From: Microcoleus sp.
Lineage (GTDB): Bacteria; Cyanobacteriota; Cyanobacteriia; Cyanobacteriales; Microcoleaceae
Length of the DNA stretch: 64,000 nt
Reading direction: 5' to 3'
Assembly (NCBI GenBank): GCA_042408215.1
Contig: JAYFMW010000015.1
Coordinates: 1-64,000 of the forward strand
The stretch's first letter is position 1. The number at the start of each line of letters is the position of its first letter. The notes below the pieces were generated by a model. That model did not search any database. It was not told where the DNA came from and was given only the letters and a program-made list of their open reading frames with translations. This document shows positions 23,897 to 35,349 of the stretch, in pieces. Position numbers and translations under genes: made by a program.

Positions 23897-25796
23897 AAGG
23901 CAAATTTCTTTTTAGTTCGGTCAAATCTGAACTGTCCCGACTGCGGTATCCCTGTGGGCTATCGAAGACTTCGTTTCCGGCTGTTGGTGTTGGTCGAAGA
24001 GGCAAAGTTCTTTCTACTTCTGCGAAATAGGAACCTTCCCAATTGATTGCTTCTAGGGCTTCCTTGTATTCTTCTACTGTTGAGATATCAAAAACGAATC
24101 CGAGTTGATGCCACTTCTCTACCATCTCTAAATCATCGGCAAATGCAATGTAATCGGGGGCTTGCTGGTCGTAGTCGGTTCCCAGCCAAGGAACTTGTTC
24201 ATTTTTGATTTTTTCGGAAGGAGCGTCTCTTAGCTGGGGATTGGGTGGCAAATACACAAACTCCGGTCGTTGGGCAGGCCACCACCAGACAAAACGGCCA
24301 TCAATGGGTTGGGAGGAACATTCATTGAAATCTGCCTGCCAAGGCAATGCCATGAACTTGCTGATATCTCCTGGCTCTAGCCCTTCTTCCAAATTCATGT
24401 CTAAACTAAGCCGAGCCATTGGCTTCATTTTTTTATGTTTGATGCGGAAGAGTTCCGAGTATATCTTGGGGTTGCGTGAAATCCAAGTCATTTCAATACC
24501 AGGAGAAAAAGCTCCCCCTACACAGTTTTCCAAAGTGGCACGAGTTAGATGTTCGCCAGGATCTTCTTCCTGAGAATTAATTTCGTTGTTTGTAAACTTC
24601 CCCTTTGCCCACTGTTCAAGCAGAAAATATTGGGTCTGGGTCAAGGTCAGAAATTTGGCTGATTTCTGGCTTGCCCCGGTCGCATCATCCCCCGCTAAAT
24701 ACGGCATCATAGGATAGCCCGTTGTGGGAGATTTCAAAGTATTGTTCATACTCGGCGGTCGGACTTGGCTAAAGAAGTATTGCCGCATACTGTTGTAGCG
24801 TTTATCGGAATTTCCCAACAAATCGTAGTCAAAGGTGTGAGGTTTGGGCGGCATGGCGGCAACCCAAGGAAATAGGGAAGCACGTTCTAAGATGGGTCGG
24901 ATTTCCTGGTTGAAATCTGGGTGATAATCCTGATTCCAAAAACCATTTTTATAAATATAATTATCCCCATCCTGACGATATCCCATCTGCCGAACTGCGA
25001 CATCAAATATGGTGTCGTAAAGCGTAACCAGATTGAGAAGCTGCGGGGCATAGGCAGGGGGGGCAACTAAGACCCAAGCAGGGACAACTTCAATCGTTTG
25101 GCCATTATCGAACATCACTGTTGCTGTAACTGGTCCATCGGAGGTGTCATCCCACCAGCCATCATTATTGGCATAATCGGTGATAACAGGATTTTGGTTT
25201 GAACCGGAATGACCGAATCCTCCCACTACAATCAGGCGTCCTTGAGAATCGGTATGTATCTTTCCTAGAGAGTCGATCCCATCGGGTTTTAAACCCTTCG
25301 GAGGGAAGGTCATGGGATATTCAGTTTGAGAAGATCGGGAGAAATTGGCAGATTGATTTGGTCCGGTCAAAATCCTGCCACCCGGATCGATAATAAGTTC
25401 GTACCTTTGTGCGGGATCGGAAATACTGCTGTTGCGTAAAGGATGGTTGGAAGCATACCCCTGTTCGCCGTTTTTGGTCTGGAACTCATACCAGATAGCT
25501 TTTTTATTTGCCAAGCGAACAGTCCATATAATTTTGCTTACCTCAAGCTGTCCAATCTTCTCCCCAACCACAATTTCTTGCGGTTCACCACCTGACTCAG
25601 GGTAGCGATAAATACGAAAACGCGCTCCTTGCCGACGTAGATTTTTGTCGCTATCTCGGAAGTCACTGGGTTGAAACTCGCAGCCATCGAGCCGAATGGG
25701 AAGTCCCCCTGCTTCTTCTGGGGCTAGATAATACTCTTCACTATTTCCAACGCGGGCAACACCAATGGAAGGAAAAATTTTATAAGTATCTGCCAT
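23889..25796 (-). CDS. lodA: LodA/GoxA-family cysteine tryptophylquinone amino-acid oxidase
   Basis: IFPSIGVARVGNS, NNDGWWDDTSDGPV, GGAFSPGIE, MALPWQADFNEC (CTQ Cys), WWPAQRP (CTQ Trp). Confidence 0.92.
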   Translation of the reverse strand: MADTYKIFPSIGVARVGNSEEYYLAPEEAGGLPIRLDGCEFQPSDFRDSDKNLRRQGARFRIYRYPESGGEPQEIVVGEKIGQLEVSKIIWTVRLANKKAIWYEFQTKNGEQGYASNHPLRNSSISDPAQRYELIIDPGGRILTGPNQSANFSRSSQTEYPMTFPPKGLKPDGIDSLGKIHTDSQGRLIVVGGFGHSGSNQNPVITDYANNDGWWDDTSDGPVTATVMFDNGQTIEVVPAWVLVAPPAYAPQLLNLVTLYDTIFDVAVRQMGYRQDGDNYIYKNGFWNQDYHPDFNQEIRPILERASLFPWVAAMPPKPHTFDYDLLGNSDKRYNSMRQYFFSQVRPPSMNNTLKSPTTGYPMMPYLAGDDATGASQKSAKFLTLTQTQYFLLEQWAKGKFTNNEINSQEEDPGEHLTRATLENCVGGAFSPGIEMTWISRNPKIYSELFRIKHKKMKPMARLSLDMNLEEGLEPGDISKFMALPWQADFNECSSQPIDGRFVWWWPAQRPEFVYLPPNPQLRDAPSEKIKNEQVPWLGTDYDQQAPDYIAFADDLEMVEKWHQLGFVFDISTVEEYKEALEAINWEGSYFAEVERTLPLRPTPTAGNEVFDSPQGYRSRDSSDLTELKRNLPYE

Positions 25797-25881
25797 GTCT
25801 GCCTCCTTTTCTTATGATTTTTGTCAACAGTTTGCCAATTGCTGTTTCACTCTGATGCAAGCGAGGGCTTCTTTAAGGATT

Positions 25882-27147
25882 TCACAAACGCTCTCTCAGG
25901 GAGCTTCCTTGAGTTTTTTGGTTGATGTCTTGAAGGGTGTTATCAACTGCGCTTACAGTAGCTGCAATGGGTCGTAAATCAACATCTAGACTAGCGGCTG
26001 AATCTAACTCTTTTTTTAACTGCTCTACTTTGAGGATAAGCTCATCCAAAGAAGTCGAACTGTACTGAAAACAGGGACCCGCATTCGGACCAAGAGTTCC
26101 AGCTTTTTCCTGAATGGGAATTTGCATTAACTGAGTGGCTAGTGTGGTAAAGATGCTTTGCATTATGGGGACAATCACTGCAAAGTAGGGGTCAGTTTCT
26201 ATTACTTTGTCTGGACCAAAGGTCTCTTGCAATGCTCTGACTAAAAGACCATAACAGTCGTTGAAGACTTCTGCAAGCCTTATAGCCCACTGGTTTTGAA
26301 ACTTTTCTGGCGAGGGATTGGGCAGCATGGGATAAGTTTCTCCAATAGGAATCGTCCCGTCTGCCAAGTCTTTGAATTTAAAGAAATGGGACATATCGAA
26401 GGGAGTTCCTAGTATCGGACCGTAGGTTTCATCGTTACGAAGACCATAGTAGTTATAGGTTCCCCAAGGTTGGTCGGGTTGATACTCTCGGTTCGGGGGT
26501 ACTGCACCCTCTCCCTGTTGCATGATTTGATTAATCGCCTCTTTCGCCGTGTCCAAATTCTCGACAAGGATGGCTTTTCCACCGCCACTGCCAAAGTATA
26601 AGTTGGTTCGCTGCAATTCAGTTTGGTACTTAAAGTCCGGTGGAAGCTTTTCAAACTCCTTTTTAATGGCTTCATAGAATTGCCCAATTGTCTGAGATTT
26701 ATCGTCGTCTACTGTTGTGTCCAACGGTGCGGGTCTTTCGATAGTCATAAAGGTTTGTAGCATCAATTCCGGTGATGCTGCCATAAGTTGGACATAAACA
26801 CCACCTGCCACTTGATAAGGCATAGAGTTGGGATAGTCCCAAATCTCGCCTACTAACTTGGGAATACCCCCAACGGAATTCATCAGGTTACAGGCAAGGT
26901 TAAGGTGTAGCATTTCTTCCAATACCACACTTCTGAATGTCTGATAAGCCTGAGAAGTTTTATCTTTAATAGAATATAGAGCTGTGAGGTAGGGAGGAAT
27001 GGTAAAAAACTCTATGATTAATGCCTTCTGAAGCATCGTCTTTATCGTCTTTACCGTCTCGTCAGGAGAATCGCCGGAAGAAGGGTTTACCTTCTCAATT
27101 CGCGGTTGGCGTTGAGAAAAAATCGCTTGGCGTTTAGAAGTAGTCAT
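25882..27147 (-). CDS. Ferritin-like di-iron domain protein (VioB/PF12902 type)
   Basis: IEFFTIPPYLTALYSI, EEMLHL...NL, TIGQFY, QGEG, SHF.KF. Confidence 0.85.
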   Translation of the reverse strand: MTTSKRQAIFSQRQPRIEKVNPSSGDSPDETVKTIKTMLQKALIIEFFTIPPYLTALYSIKDKTSQAYQTFRSVVLEEMLHLNLACNLMNSVGGIPKLVGEIWDYPNSMPYQVAGGVYVQLMAASPELMLQTFMTIERPAPLDTTVDDDKSQTIGQFYEAIKKEFEKLPPDFKYQTELQRTNLYFGSGGGKAILVENLDTAKEAINQIMQQGEGAVPPNREYQPDQPWGTYNYYGLRNDETYGPILGTPFDMSHFFKFKDLADGTIPIGETYPMLPNPSPEKFQNQWAIRLAEVFNDCYGLLVRALQETFGPDKVIETDPYFAVIVPIMQSIFTTLATQLMQIPIQEKAGTLGPNAGPCFQYSSTSLDELILKVEQLKKELDSAASLDVDLRPIAATVSAVDNTLQDINQKTQGSSLRERL

Positions 27148-27262
27148 TGTATTGTTCCTTTGTGTTGCAAACAGTCAAGATACTCGTTATTAGGCGGGAT
27201 AACTTGGCCCCATAAGCTAGAGCAACCCCTCCCTAAGAATTGCGCCGTCAAAGCGATAACGC

Positions 27263-28808
27263 TCAACCCTTGACATTAACCGCACTCTTGGCAACGCTGT
27301 CAGCTTTACCATTGATTGATTGGGGGTTAACTTGCGGCACAGAGGAAGGCACGGCTGTTTTGATAAATTCGTAATAAATCGACAAGAACACCTCATCTAG
27401 CGGCACATCGCGCATCATCTGCTTCGCCTTTTCCCGCAGCTTTTCGTGTGCCGAGTTGTCGAGAACTGCCATTTCAAACAGCAGGCGAAGATAGGACTCT
27501 AGTTCGCGGGTACGGTTGTAAGGCAAAAAGCCACCGGGTTCCCGTACTGTTGCCATCAAATCGCGGGCACCCACCTCCAGCAACCGCTGGAACGGATTTT
27601 CATTGCGACGACGTTCAATCATCGGCGAGAACACATTCTCCGTGGGGGGTTGTTTGCCAAGTAGCTCTGCCGTCACAACCTGAGCAACTAACGGAGCCAT
27701 CAGCATCCCATTCCTGTAGGTTCCCGTCGCCACGAACAACCCTGGAAATGCAGTTTTTCCAACTAAAGGAATCCCATCAGCGGGAATGGGACGCAATCCA
27801 TAACGCATTTCTTCGATTCTGGTATTTCGCAGCGCAGTATTGAACTGGCTAGCCCCATCACCAAGAATATAGAGGAGGTCTTGAGGTTGAACTCCCAAAC
27901 TCATTTGGGCAGTCAAGCTCAAAGAATTGGTTGCCCCCCACGTATAAGCGTCCCTCACTGCGAGGAACAACGTGCAATCCGCACGCAAAGGAACGATTGG
28001 GGGTGCGAAGCGTGTGGGGAAAATGGGGAGCATCTGCCAGAATACAACTGGTGCCTTTGCCAAATAACACCGCAGGCAGCTTCAGCTTGGAAAACAGCGT
28101 CTCACCGATAACTTCTGGGACTTTCGCTCCCGCACATACCACCACATGAGGCGTGGAAATGCAACCGTGGTTTTCGGTTTGGATGTTCCATGTGCCTTCA
28201 GTGTCCCCAAAATTGATCGAAACAACTTTATCATCTAAGACTTCCCCTTTGGGGTGTAGTGCGATCGCCACCTCAAGGGCTGATAGTAAGTTGTGAGAAT
28301 CAACTGACCCTTCACCAGGGATAAACAACGCTTGGTAAGCCGGACAGGAATTGTTGGCATCTAAACCGGGAACGTCGTCTGGATCGACCCACTCATGGGG
28401 TTCATTATAGGTTTCTAGTTGGGCTTTCATGCGCTTGAGATTGGCCCGATCGCGATCGCCTGCACTGTTGCCAATAATAAATGTTCCTTGTGTGGTAAAT
28501 ATCTCTTGCCCCGATGCCTCCCTCACGCTAGAGAGCCAATCTGGGTAAATCTTCTGCGCTTTGATCCGAAACTCCAGTTCAAGGCGTTCTTCAAGAGTCT
28601 CCTGGTCGGCAGTAATCTCGCCGTATGCGCCCAACATAGCACCACTAGCCAGCGAGGCTCCATCACTATTCTGCTGCTGGGGATAGATCAGCACAACCTT
28701 CAAACCGGAACGGGCTAGTTCAAAGGCGATGGATTTACCAATAATTCCACCACCAACAACTACGGCATCATATGAATGATGGCTGGTGACGTTGTTCTGT
28801 AAAGTCAT
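27263..28808 (-). pseudogene. ThiO/DAO-family FAD amino-acid oxidase split by a +1 frameshift (real or sequencing error)
   Basis: The ORF 27858-28808 has GGGIIG and ASLASGAML; the ORF 27263-28063 has GLRP and ATGTYRNG. Removing one base of the C6 run at 27934-27939 joins them as RLYVGATN. Confidence 0.85.
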
Positions 28809-28865
28809 TTCTTTTCTGCCAATTCTGTGAAACCTTTCTAGTTACTTAAAATAAAACACTGTTCA

Positions 28866-28896
28866 ATCTTACGGGATTGTTGAAGGCATTTGTCAA
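28866..28896 (-). promoter_or_regulatory. Candidate sigma70-type promoter of the biosynthetic operon
   Basis: TTGACA-19 nt-TAAGAT, about 60 bp before the first ATG; the spacer is long. Confidence 0.35.
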
Positions 28897-28923
28897 AAAT
28901 ACTAATCCTTATTTTCCAATAAA

Positions 28924-29592
28924 TCAAGTAGGAAAAGTAGGAAGATTTATCAGGAGAGCTATAAAACCCATTTGACATCTTTTAGCGATCGCCCACAACG
29001 GTCGAGCGGTCATAACAGTCGATCGGTCATAACGGTCGATCGCCCGCACAAGCTGTTTTTTGAGGTCATTATTATCTGTAGAAGTTTGGCACTCCTGCGG
29101 CGCTCTCTCTAGCTGCGAACTATCTTCATTTACCAGAAAGCCGCGATCGCAAATCAGTGATAATTGCTCGCTATCCCCTGAGTAGGAAGCCTCCACAAAA
29201 TCAGTGGCAACAGGTAACTGATTAGTGGTAGGCGTTAGTGGTGTGTCTATTACTTCTACTAATTCTAAGGTAACAGATAACTGGTCACTAGCCACTGTTT
29301 CACCTGTCCGGGAGAACAGATATTGCTTGAGCACTAAAAACAGATTTTTTTTCCTCACTCTCTCCCCTAATGCTTTTGAAAAAGCCTGCCACAACTGGGA
29401 GCCAATTTCTTTGATGTGAGCGATACTATAGGCACTATCGGCTGCCATCTCGCTATAACCGCGTCCGAGCCATGAGTGACACAGGATTAAGCGCTCAAGA
29501 GAACTCAGTTGCTTAGAGAGCAGACTTTGTTCTACAGTGTCCAGAACTTCGTCAACATTCATGTAGTGACTCCATTTGAGTAGTATGCACAC
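28924..29592 (-). CDS. Winged-HTH domain of the type found N-terminal to cyanobacterial AAA_35 proteins; no ATPase, probably truncated
   Basis: LSSLERLIL..SW.G..YSEMA...YS..HIKEIGSQLW..FS.ALGERV.KKN; homologous to the N-terminus of 38918-40267. Confidence 0.7.
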   Translation of the reverse strand: MCILLKWSHYMNVDEVLDTVEQSLLSKQLSSLERLILCHSWLGRGYSEMAADSAYSIAHIKEIGSQLWQAFSKALGERVRKKNLFLVLKQYLFSRTGETVASDQLSVTLELVEVIDTPLTPTTNQLPVATDFVEASYSGDSEQLSLICDRGFLVNEDSSQLERAPQECQTSTDNNDLKKQLVRAIDRYDRSTVMTARPLWAIAKRCQMGFIALLINLPTFPT

Positions 29593-29892
29593 AGCAAGGA
29601 ACGCTCTAGATTCTTAGACCCCAAAACAGGCAGTTAATAAAAGAAGGCTTTTATGCAGATAGCAGAGGGGAGAAGGACAAGGGCTCAATTACTGTCAGCG
29701 GACATTCACCAAACAACTTCACTATTAATTATTCAGTTGTTTAGCTCAACGAGAAATAGATAAAGTTGGTATGTTTGTGTAAAGTTATATTGCTGCGATC
29801 CTCTTACTGCACAAGTAGTTGATTTTGTCAATATACTAAATTGGTCAATTAATTGCCCAACTAGAGCTAAAGATTGGTTCCAAGAGGCGCGA

Positions 29893-30100
29893 CTATTGAC
29901 AAAGTTGTCGATCGCCCTCTTCCACCTCTGCATTAGTCCGCAGATAATCTCGCACCCAATTACAGCCATATTCCAGCAGGTCAAGTTTGAGTATGCGCGC
30001 TAAATCCCAGACAACGAGAGTATTATCTTCACCTACAGAAGCTAAAAAACTGCCATCAGGCGCGATCGCCACATTCCAAACTGAAGTCCTATGTTTTTCG
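29893..30100 (-). pseudogene. Orphan C-terminal fragment of a paralogous WD40 protein
   Basis: Encodes one WD40 repeat plus [23 protein letters not shown]; 29907-29960 matches 30133-30186 at 51 of 54 nt. Confidence 0.8.
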
Positions 30101-30106
30101 AGAGGT

Positions 30107-33100
30107 CTATTGGGGAGATCGATCGCACAAATGTCGATCGCCCTCCACCACCTCCGCATTAGTCCGCAGATAATCTCGCACCCAATCGCAGCCCGCCGCT
30201 ACCACCCGATCTAGCTCTACAGACTGCTCTAAATTCCACAAAATTACCGTTTTGTCCTCAGAAGCCGAAGCCAGAGTTTTGCCATCAGGAGCGAAAGCTA
30301 ATCCCTTAACCCCAGCACTATGTCCAATCAGATTTGCCAGGAATGTGCCGTCAGACTTCCAGAGTTTAATTATTCCATCATTACTCCCTGTAGCGATCGT
30401 CTGACTGTCAGGGCTAAACGCTACACTCCAAATCCCAGAATCATGTCCCTTAAGAGTATGCAGTAACTTTCCATCACGACTCCAAAGTTTAGCCGTCTTG
30501 TCTTCACTTACCGAAGCAATCAATTCGCCATTAGGACTGAAAGCTGCGTTCATAACTGTACTATTATGAGCTTGAATAGTCTTGAATAAGCTATCCTCAC
30601 TTTTGACTTTTGATCGAGAATCTAACTTGCGCTTTTGATTCAAAACTGAAGCCAAACGCCAAAACTTTAGTGTCTTGTCGCCACTGCTCGATACAAGTGT
30701 CGAACCATCGGGACTAAAAGCCAGTCCCCAAGTCCCCGCCTTGTGTCCTCTAAAAGTAGCGATTTCGGTGCCATCGACGCGCCAAAGTCTGACTGTGCGA
30801 TCGCTACTCGAAGATGCAACCATATTACTGTCAGGGCTAAAAGCGACTTTCCTAATATCACCCTGATGTCCTTTGAGACTATGAAGCAATGTACCGTTTG
30901 GACTCCAAAGCTTGATTGATTGGTCAGCACTAACAGTAGCAATTGTTTTACCATCTGCACTAATAGCAACTGAGCTAAACTGAGGATTTTGCCCTTGTAA
31001 GCGCCGATTGCTAATCCCGTCCTTGCCCCAGAGGATAACCTCCTTTGGACTCGATGAAGCCACTAACCGTCCGTCATTGCTCAAAGCCACTCCCCAAACT
31101 CCAGCCGTATGTCCCCGCAGAATTGTCAGCAACCGATTGCGTAATTTCCAGGCTTTGATAGTGCCATCCCAAGAAGCAGAATATAGTGTGTCGCCCTTGG
31201 AACTAAATGCAATATCTTTAATGGCACTGTCATGGCCTTTAATAGCATTCAAAGAAGTACCATCGAGACTCCAGAATTTTAGCATCTTGTCGTCAGAGCC
31301 AGAGACGATTATTTGCCCATTCCGGCTGAAAGCTAGTGCATTAATTGCAGCATCGTGTGCGGTAAAAGTCCTTAACAAAGTGCCGTCACGCTGCCACAGT
31401 TGCAGCTTGCCGTCTCCATTGCCGGTTGCCAGGATTTTGCTATCAGGAGTAAAGGCAAGTGAGAAAACAGGAGATTGAATATCTGAAAGTGTTTTCAGCA
31501 ATCTGCCATCCCGCTGCCAGAGTTTTACAGTGCCGTTATCAGAAGCCGAAGCAATCAACTCTCCATCTGGGCTAAAAACTACTTGCGTAACGATCGCCCC
31601 ATGCCCTATCAATGTCTTTAGCAATGTGCCATCGACGCGCCAGAGTTGGAGCGTACTGTCCGCACCGGATGCAACAATCAGTTCTCCGTCAGGACTAAAC
31701 TTGACTTTGCTAGCTGAAGCTGTAAACCCTTTCAAAGTTTTCAACAAAGTGCCGTCACGTCGCCAGAGTTTGACGGTTGTGTCTCCGCTTCCTGAAGCAA
31801 TAAGCTGACCGTTGGGGCTGATGTCTACTCCTAGAACTGGACCTTGATGTCCTTTGAGGGTGCCCAGCAATCTGCCATCGCGGTGCCAAATTTGGATGCC
31901 ATCTTGCAAGGTTGCCACAGCAATCATCTCGCCATCAGAACTGACATCTAAGGCGTTATTGGCGGAATCATAACCGGAAAAGCGGTTAAATTCAACAGCT
32001 CCATAAATTGACCGCCGCAAAGCTAATTCCACCATTGCTTCTGTCTGCGGATCGGTTAAGGCCAAGTGTTTGAGTTCTTTTCTTGCCCTCAGCGCTTCAA
32101 TTAAAGCATCTAACCTTTTATCTAAGGCAAAGAGGGCTGACGAATATCTAGCCATGCCTTGAATTTTTTGTATTTCCTCATTGCGTTGGCTAACGATCGC
32201 TTTTTGGTACTGGAAGAAAGCGAATATTCCCGCTGCGATCGCGATTGCTAAAGCGATCGAAAGTCCCGCAATCAAATAAGTTTGGCGTTGGGCGCTTTTT
32301 TTCTTGAGTGCCAGCCTAGCTTCTATTTCTTTAAGACGTTCTGCTTCTAAAAATAACTGCAATTCTTGTCTGTCTACTTCTTGGCTAGCGGCTAAAAATA
32401 AATAATCTAAATCGCTCAAACTTTTACCTTGCGCCCACATTTGAGCGTCTTTTAAGGCTTGTCCGCGCAAGAGACGGGAATTATCCTGTTGCCCTGAAGC
32501 TACCCAAGCATCAAACACCTGCGAGTAAGGCCGCAGGTTCCCTAATTTTTTTTCAACCCATTGCAGATTAAATACTTGTTGATAGATGGGATTTTTGACC
32601 TTTAATATTCCCTCGTGTCTGACGACTAAGCCACTCAGTAACAATTCAATCTGTTCTTGACTATCATCACTTTTTATTTCAATTCCTTGCAAAACTTTTT
32701 GATAAATGCCGAGAATTCTACCAGCCCGTTGACCGTTACGTTCAATGCGATCGCGTATAGTTCTCAGGTGTTCCGGTTCATCCTGGGATTCCCAACGTTC
32801 AATAATGCGAGTTTTAACTAAATTCTCAATCCAGAACGATTCCGTACCAGGTGGAATACTCATCTTGCCACCATTTCCCATTGTCTGCTGACTCAATTGC
32901 ACGACTAAATGACACAACTTCTGAGTCAAAAACGGTTGTCCAGCCGTCCAGTCTATAATCGCCCTCACAACCGATGCAGGCTGTTCCACCGTCTTTTCTA
33001 ACCCTTGAATTAAGGGAGTCACTTCCGACCACTCAAACCCTTTTAGTGCGATCGCTTGCCCAATATTAAACGGTGTTTTCGTTCTATCTCGAATTAAATC

Positions 33101-33766
33101 CGAGGGAGTTGCTACCCCAAAAATCGCAAAGGTAATGCGTTGATATTCTGGGTTGATTGCCCGTTGGTTATAGCAGAAGCGAATGAAAGCAAAGAAGTCA
33201 TCAATAGAAAAGTTAAGACCTAGCAAACTATCGATTTCATCGACAAAAATAAACAACCGTTCTTGGGGAAACTGCACCAGTAACAATTCCTCAATAAACC
33301 ACCGCAAACGTTGCAATAAACCGAGATCGTTGCGTTCTTGCCACCAAGTTTTCAGGTTCAAGGTTTCCAGTAACCCCAACTGTCGCCATAAGTCACCTAC
33401 AAATCCCTTGTACCATTGCAGTGGAGTAATTTGTTCGCTCCCCACCACACTCAAATCCACCGCAGCGCAGTGAAAGCCATCTTGCTGGAGGCGATGCTTG
33501 GTTCGCACCAGCAGCGAGGATTTGCCCATTTGTCGGGAGTTGAGGACATAGCAGAACTCTCCTCGCTTCAGGGCTTCATACAGTTGCGAGTCGGCTTGTC
33601 GCTGTACGTAACTAGGTGCATCAATAGTTAAACTGCCGCCGAGTTGATAGTTATATGGGGGCATAAAAAGTTGATTATTCAAATCAATTATCTTAGAGGA
33701 TGTAGATTTTTCGTTTCGCTTTGTTCCACTCATTAATGACAAATCATACCTTCTTGGACTTTTCAA
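30107..33766 (-). CDS. AAA_35 ATPase - transmembrane helix - WD40 repeat protein
   Basis: [21 protein letters not shown]; many GH...FSPDG...W repeats. Confidence 0.92.
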   Translation of the reverse strand: MKSPRRYDLSLMSGTKRNEKSTSSKIIDLNNQLFMPPYNYQLGGSLTIDAPSYVQRQADSQLYEALKRGEFCYVLNSRQMGKSSLLVRTKHRLQQDGFHCAAVDLSVVGSEQITPLQWYKGFVGDLWRQLGLLETLNLKTWWQERNDLGLLQRLRWFIEELLLVQFPQERLFIFVDEIDSLLGLNFSIDDFFAFIRFCYNQRAINPEYQRITFAIFGVATPSDLIRDRTKTPFNIGQAIALKGFEWSEVTPLIQGLEKTVEQPASVVRAIIDWTAGQPFLTQKLCHLVVQLSQQTMGNGGKMSIPPGTESFWIENLVKTRIIERWESQDEPEHLRTIRDRIERNGQRAGRILGIYQKVLQGIEIKSDDSQEQIELLLSGLVVRHEGILKVKNPIYQQVFNLQWVEKKLGNLRPYSQVFDAWVASGQQDNSRLLRGQALKDAQMWAQGKSLSDLDYLFLAASQEVDRQELQLFLEAERLKEIEARLALKKKSAQRQTYLIAGLSIALAIAIAAGIFAFFQYQKAIVSQRNEEIQKIQGMARYSSALFALDKRLDALIEALRARKELKHLALTDPQTEAMVELALRRSIYGAVEFNRFSGYDSANNALDVSSDGEMIAVATLQDGIQIWHRDGRLLGTLKGHQGPVLGVDISPNGQLIASGSGDTTVKLWRRDGTLLKTLKGFTASASKVKFSPDGELIVASGADSTLQLWRVDGTLLKTLIGHGAIVTQVVFSPDGELIASASDNGTVKLWQRDGRLLKTLSDIQSPVFSLAFTPDSKILATGNGDGKLQLWQRDGTLLRTFTAHDAAINALAFSRNGQIIVSGSDDKMLKFWSLDGTSLNAIKGHDSAIKDIAFSSKGDTLYSASWDGTIKAWKLRNRLLTILRGHTAGVWGVALSNDGRLVASSSPKEVILWGKDGISNRRLQGQNPQFSSVAISADGKTIATVSADQSIKLWSPNGTLLHSLKGHQGDIRKVAFSPDSNMVASSSSDRTVRLWRVDGTEIATFRGHKAGTWGLAFSPDGSTLVSSSGDKTLKFWRLASVLNQKRKLDSRSKVKSEDSLFKTIQAHNSTVMNAAFSPNGELIASVSEDKTAKLWSRDGKLLHTLKGHDSGIWSVAFSPDSQTIATGSNDGIIKLWKSDGTFLANLIGHSAGVKGLAFAPDGKTLASASEDKTVILWNLEQSVELDRVVAAGCDWVRDYLRTNAEVVEGDRHLCDRSPQ

Positions 33767-33880
33767 ACATCCTCTGAGAGTGATGAAAGAGTGTTAATCA
33801 TTTATTGAATGACCAGTAAGTAAGCATATTTTACCACAAAACGCAATATATAAAGTTGGTATCTATCAAGTATGGAATCT

Positions 33881-33988
33881 TACAGCAGATTCCACACTTA
33901 TCAAGTACGGTAGGGACACGGCAATGCCTTGTCCCTAGGAGGGTTGAGCGATAAGTTTGTGTACCTCATAACAGCGGAAACCGCTGTA
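33881..33988. repeat. Small MITE-like element containing a REP-like hairpin
   Basis: Imperfect ends TACAGCAGATTCC/GGAAACCGCTGTA; internal TAGGGACACGGCAATGCCTTGTCCCTA at 33911-33937. Confidence 0.55.
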
Positions 33989-34156
33989 AATATTTGTCAA
34001 TCCAATCTAGCCAACTTTATTATATTGACAAACCTAAACTTCTCGGATTTAATTGTGGTATGGCTAGATAGTTAAGCTGTTCATCGAATAAAGTTGTCTG
34101 CCTCACTGCCTAACTACAATCTTTGATGTTAAATATTGCTGAGGATTATATAATTT

Positions 34157-35308
34157 ATGAAAGCTTTACTGGCTGAGGCTAAATGGGAGCCTAAAATGCA
34201 AGGTTTAGATAAAAATCAAGCTATTCCCGGGACACTTGCTTGGAAAGATCCTATATTCCATATTGTTGATAAAAATATACCTGAGCCTAAACCCGATGAA
34301 CTTTTAATCAGAGTGAAATATTGTGGTATCTGTGGCTCAGATATTCATGTTTATGAAAAAAATGCAGCCGGTTATATTCTATTTTCTGGTCCGACAAAGT
34401 TACCCTGTGTGTTAGGACATGAGTTTTCAGGTGAAGTGGTTGAAGTTGGGAAAGAAGTTAAAGATTTTTGCCAGGGTGATCTTGTCACAGCAGAAAGCGT
34501 TTTGTGGTGTGGGCACTGCATACCTTGCCGCATGGGAATGTTGAATCAGTGTAAAAATGTGGAATTGTTGGGATTAACAACAGATGGTGCTTTTGCTGAG
34601 CATATTGCTATCAAAGCAAAATATTGTTGGAAACTTAATCACTTGAAGGAAACGTTTCCCATTGAAGATATTTATAAGATAAGTACCTTAATAGAACCTA
34701 TTGGTTGTGCTTATAACGGTATCTTTATATCAGGAGGCGGTTTTTTACCCGGTGCGTCGGCTATAGTTTATGGTGCAGGGCCAATTGGACTAGGTGCTGT
34801 AATGTTACTTAAATCAGCAGGTGCAGCAACAATAATAGCAGTTGATACTATGGAAGAAAGACTCACAATTGCCAAATCAGTTGGGGCTGATTATGTTTAC
34901 AACATAAGGAATACAAAAGATTTTCCTGAAATAGTTCAAGAAATTACTGGTGGTTGGGGAGCTGACATACAAGTTGAAGCCGCTGGAAGCCCTAACCATA
35001 CTGTTCCAATGATGCAAAAGAACATTGCTACAAGGGGGAAAATTATTTATCTAGGCCGAGGCGAATTAAATACATCCATAGACTTAAATAGTATCGTCAG
35101 TGGTGCTTGTACAATAGTAGGGGCGCGTGGACACTCCGGATATGGGATATTTAATAACATCATCACTATGATTCAGAGAGGCAAACTTCTTGGGATTGAA
35201 AATATCATAACTTCAGTTTTCTCTTTTAGAGACATTTTGGATGCTTTTGAGTCTTCGCGTTCCAGAAAAGATGCAAAAATACTTATTGACATACATGGGT
35301 TAAAATGA
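34157..35308 (+). CDS. Zn-dependent medium-chain dehydrogenase (IolM/threonine-sorbitol dehydrogenase-like)
   Basis: CGICGSD, GHEFSG, C-x2-C-x2-C-x7-C, GAGPIG. Confidence 0.9.
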   Translation: MKALLAEAKWEPKMQGLDKNQAIPGTLAWKDPIFHIVDKNIPEPKPDELLIRVKYCGICGSDIHVYEKNAAGYILFSGPTKLPCVLGHEFSGEVVEVGKEVKDFCQGDLVTAESVLWCGHCIPCRMGMLNQCKNVELLGLTTDGAFAEHIAIKAKYCWKLNHLKETFPIEDIYKISTLIEPIGCAYNGIFISGGGFLPGASAIVYGAGPIGLGAVMLLKSAGAATIIAVDTMEERLTIAKSVGADYVYNIRNTKDFPEIVQEITGGWGADIQVEAAGSPNHTVPMMQKNIATRGKIIYLGRGELNTSIDLNSIVSGACTIVGARGHSGYGIFNNIITMIQRGKLLGIENIITSVFSFRDILDAFESSRSRKDAKILIDIHGLK

Positions 35309-35349
35309 TACTCTTAAGAAGAGTTTTGTAATTTATTTGGTAAACACAA

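Noticed and set aside
13817..28808. Calling the cluster guanitoxin, saxitoxin or cylindrospermopsin
   Set aside because: No PKS/NRPS, sulfotransferase or carbamoyltransferase, and no gnt kinase, aldolase or N-hydroxylase recognisable
29907..30186. Diversity-generating retroelement TR/VR pair
   Set aside because: No reverse transcriptase in the window, and the three mismatches are not consistently adenine-specific
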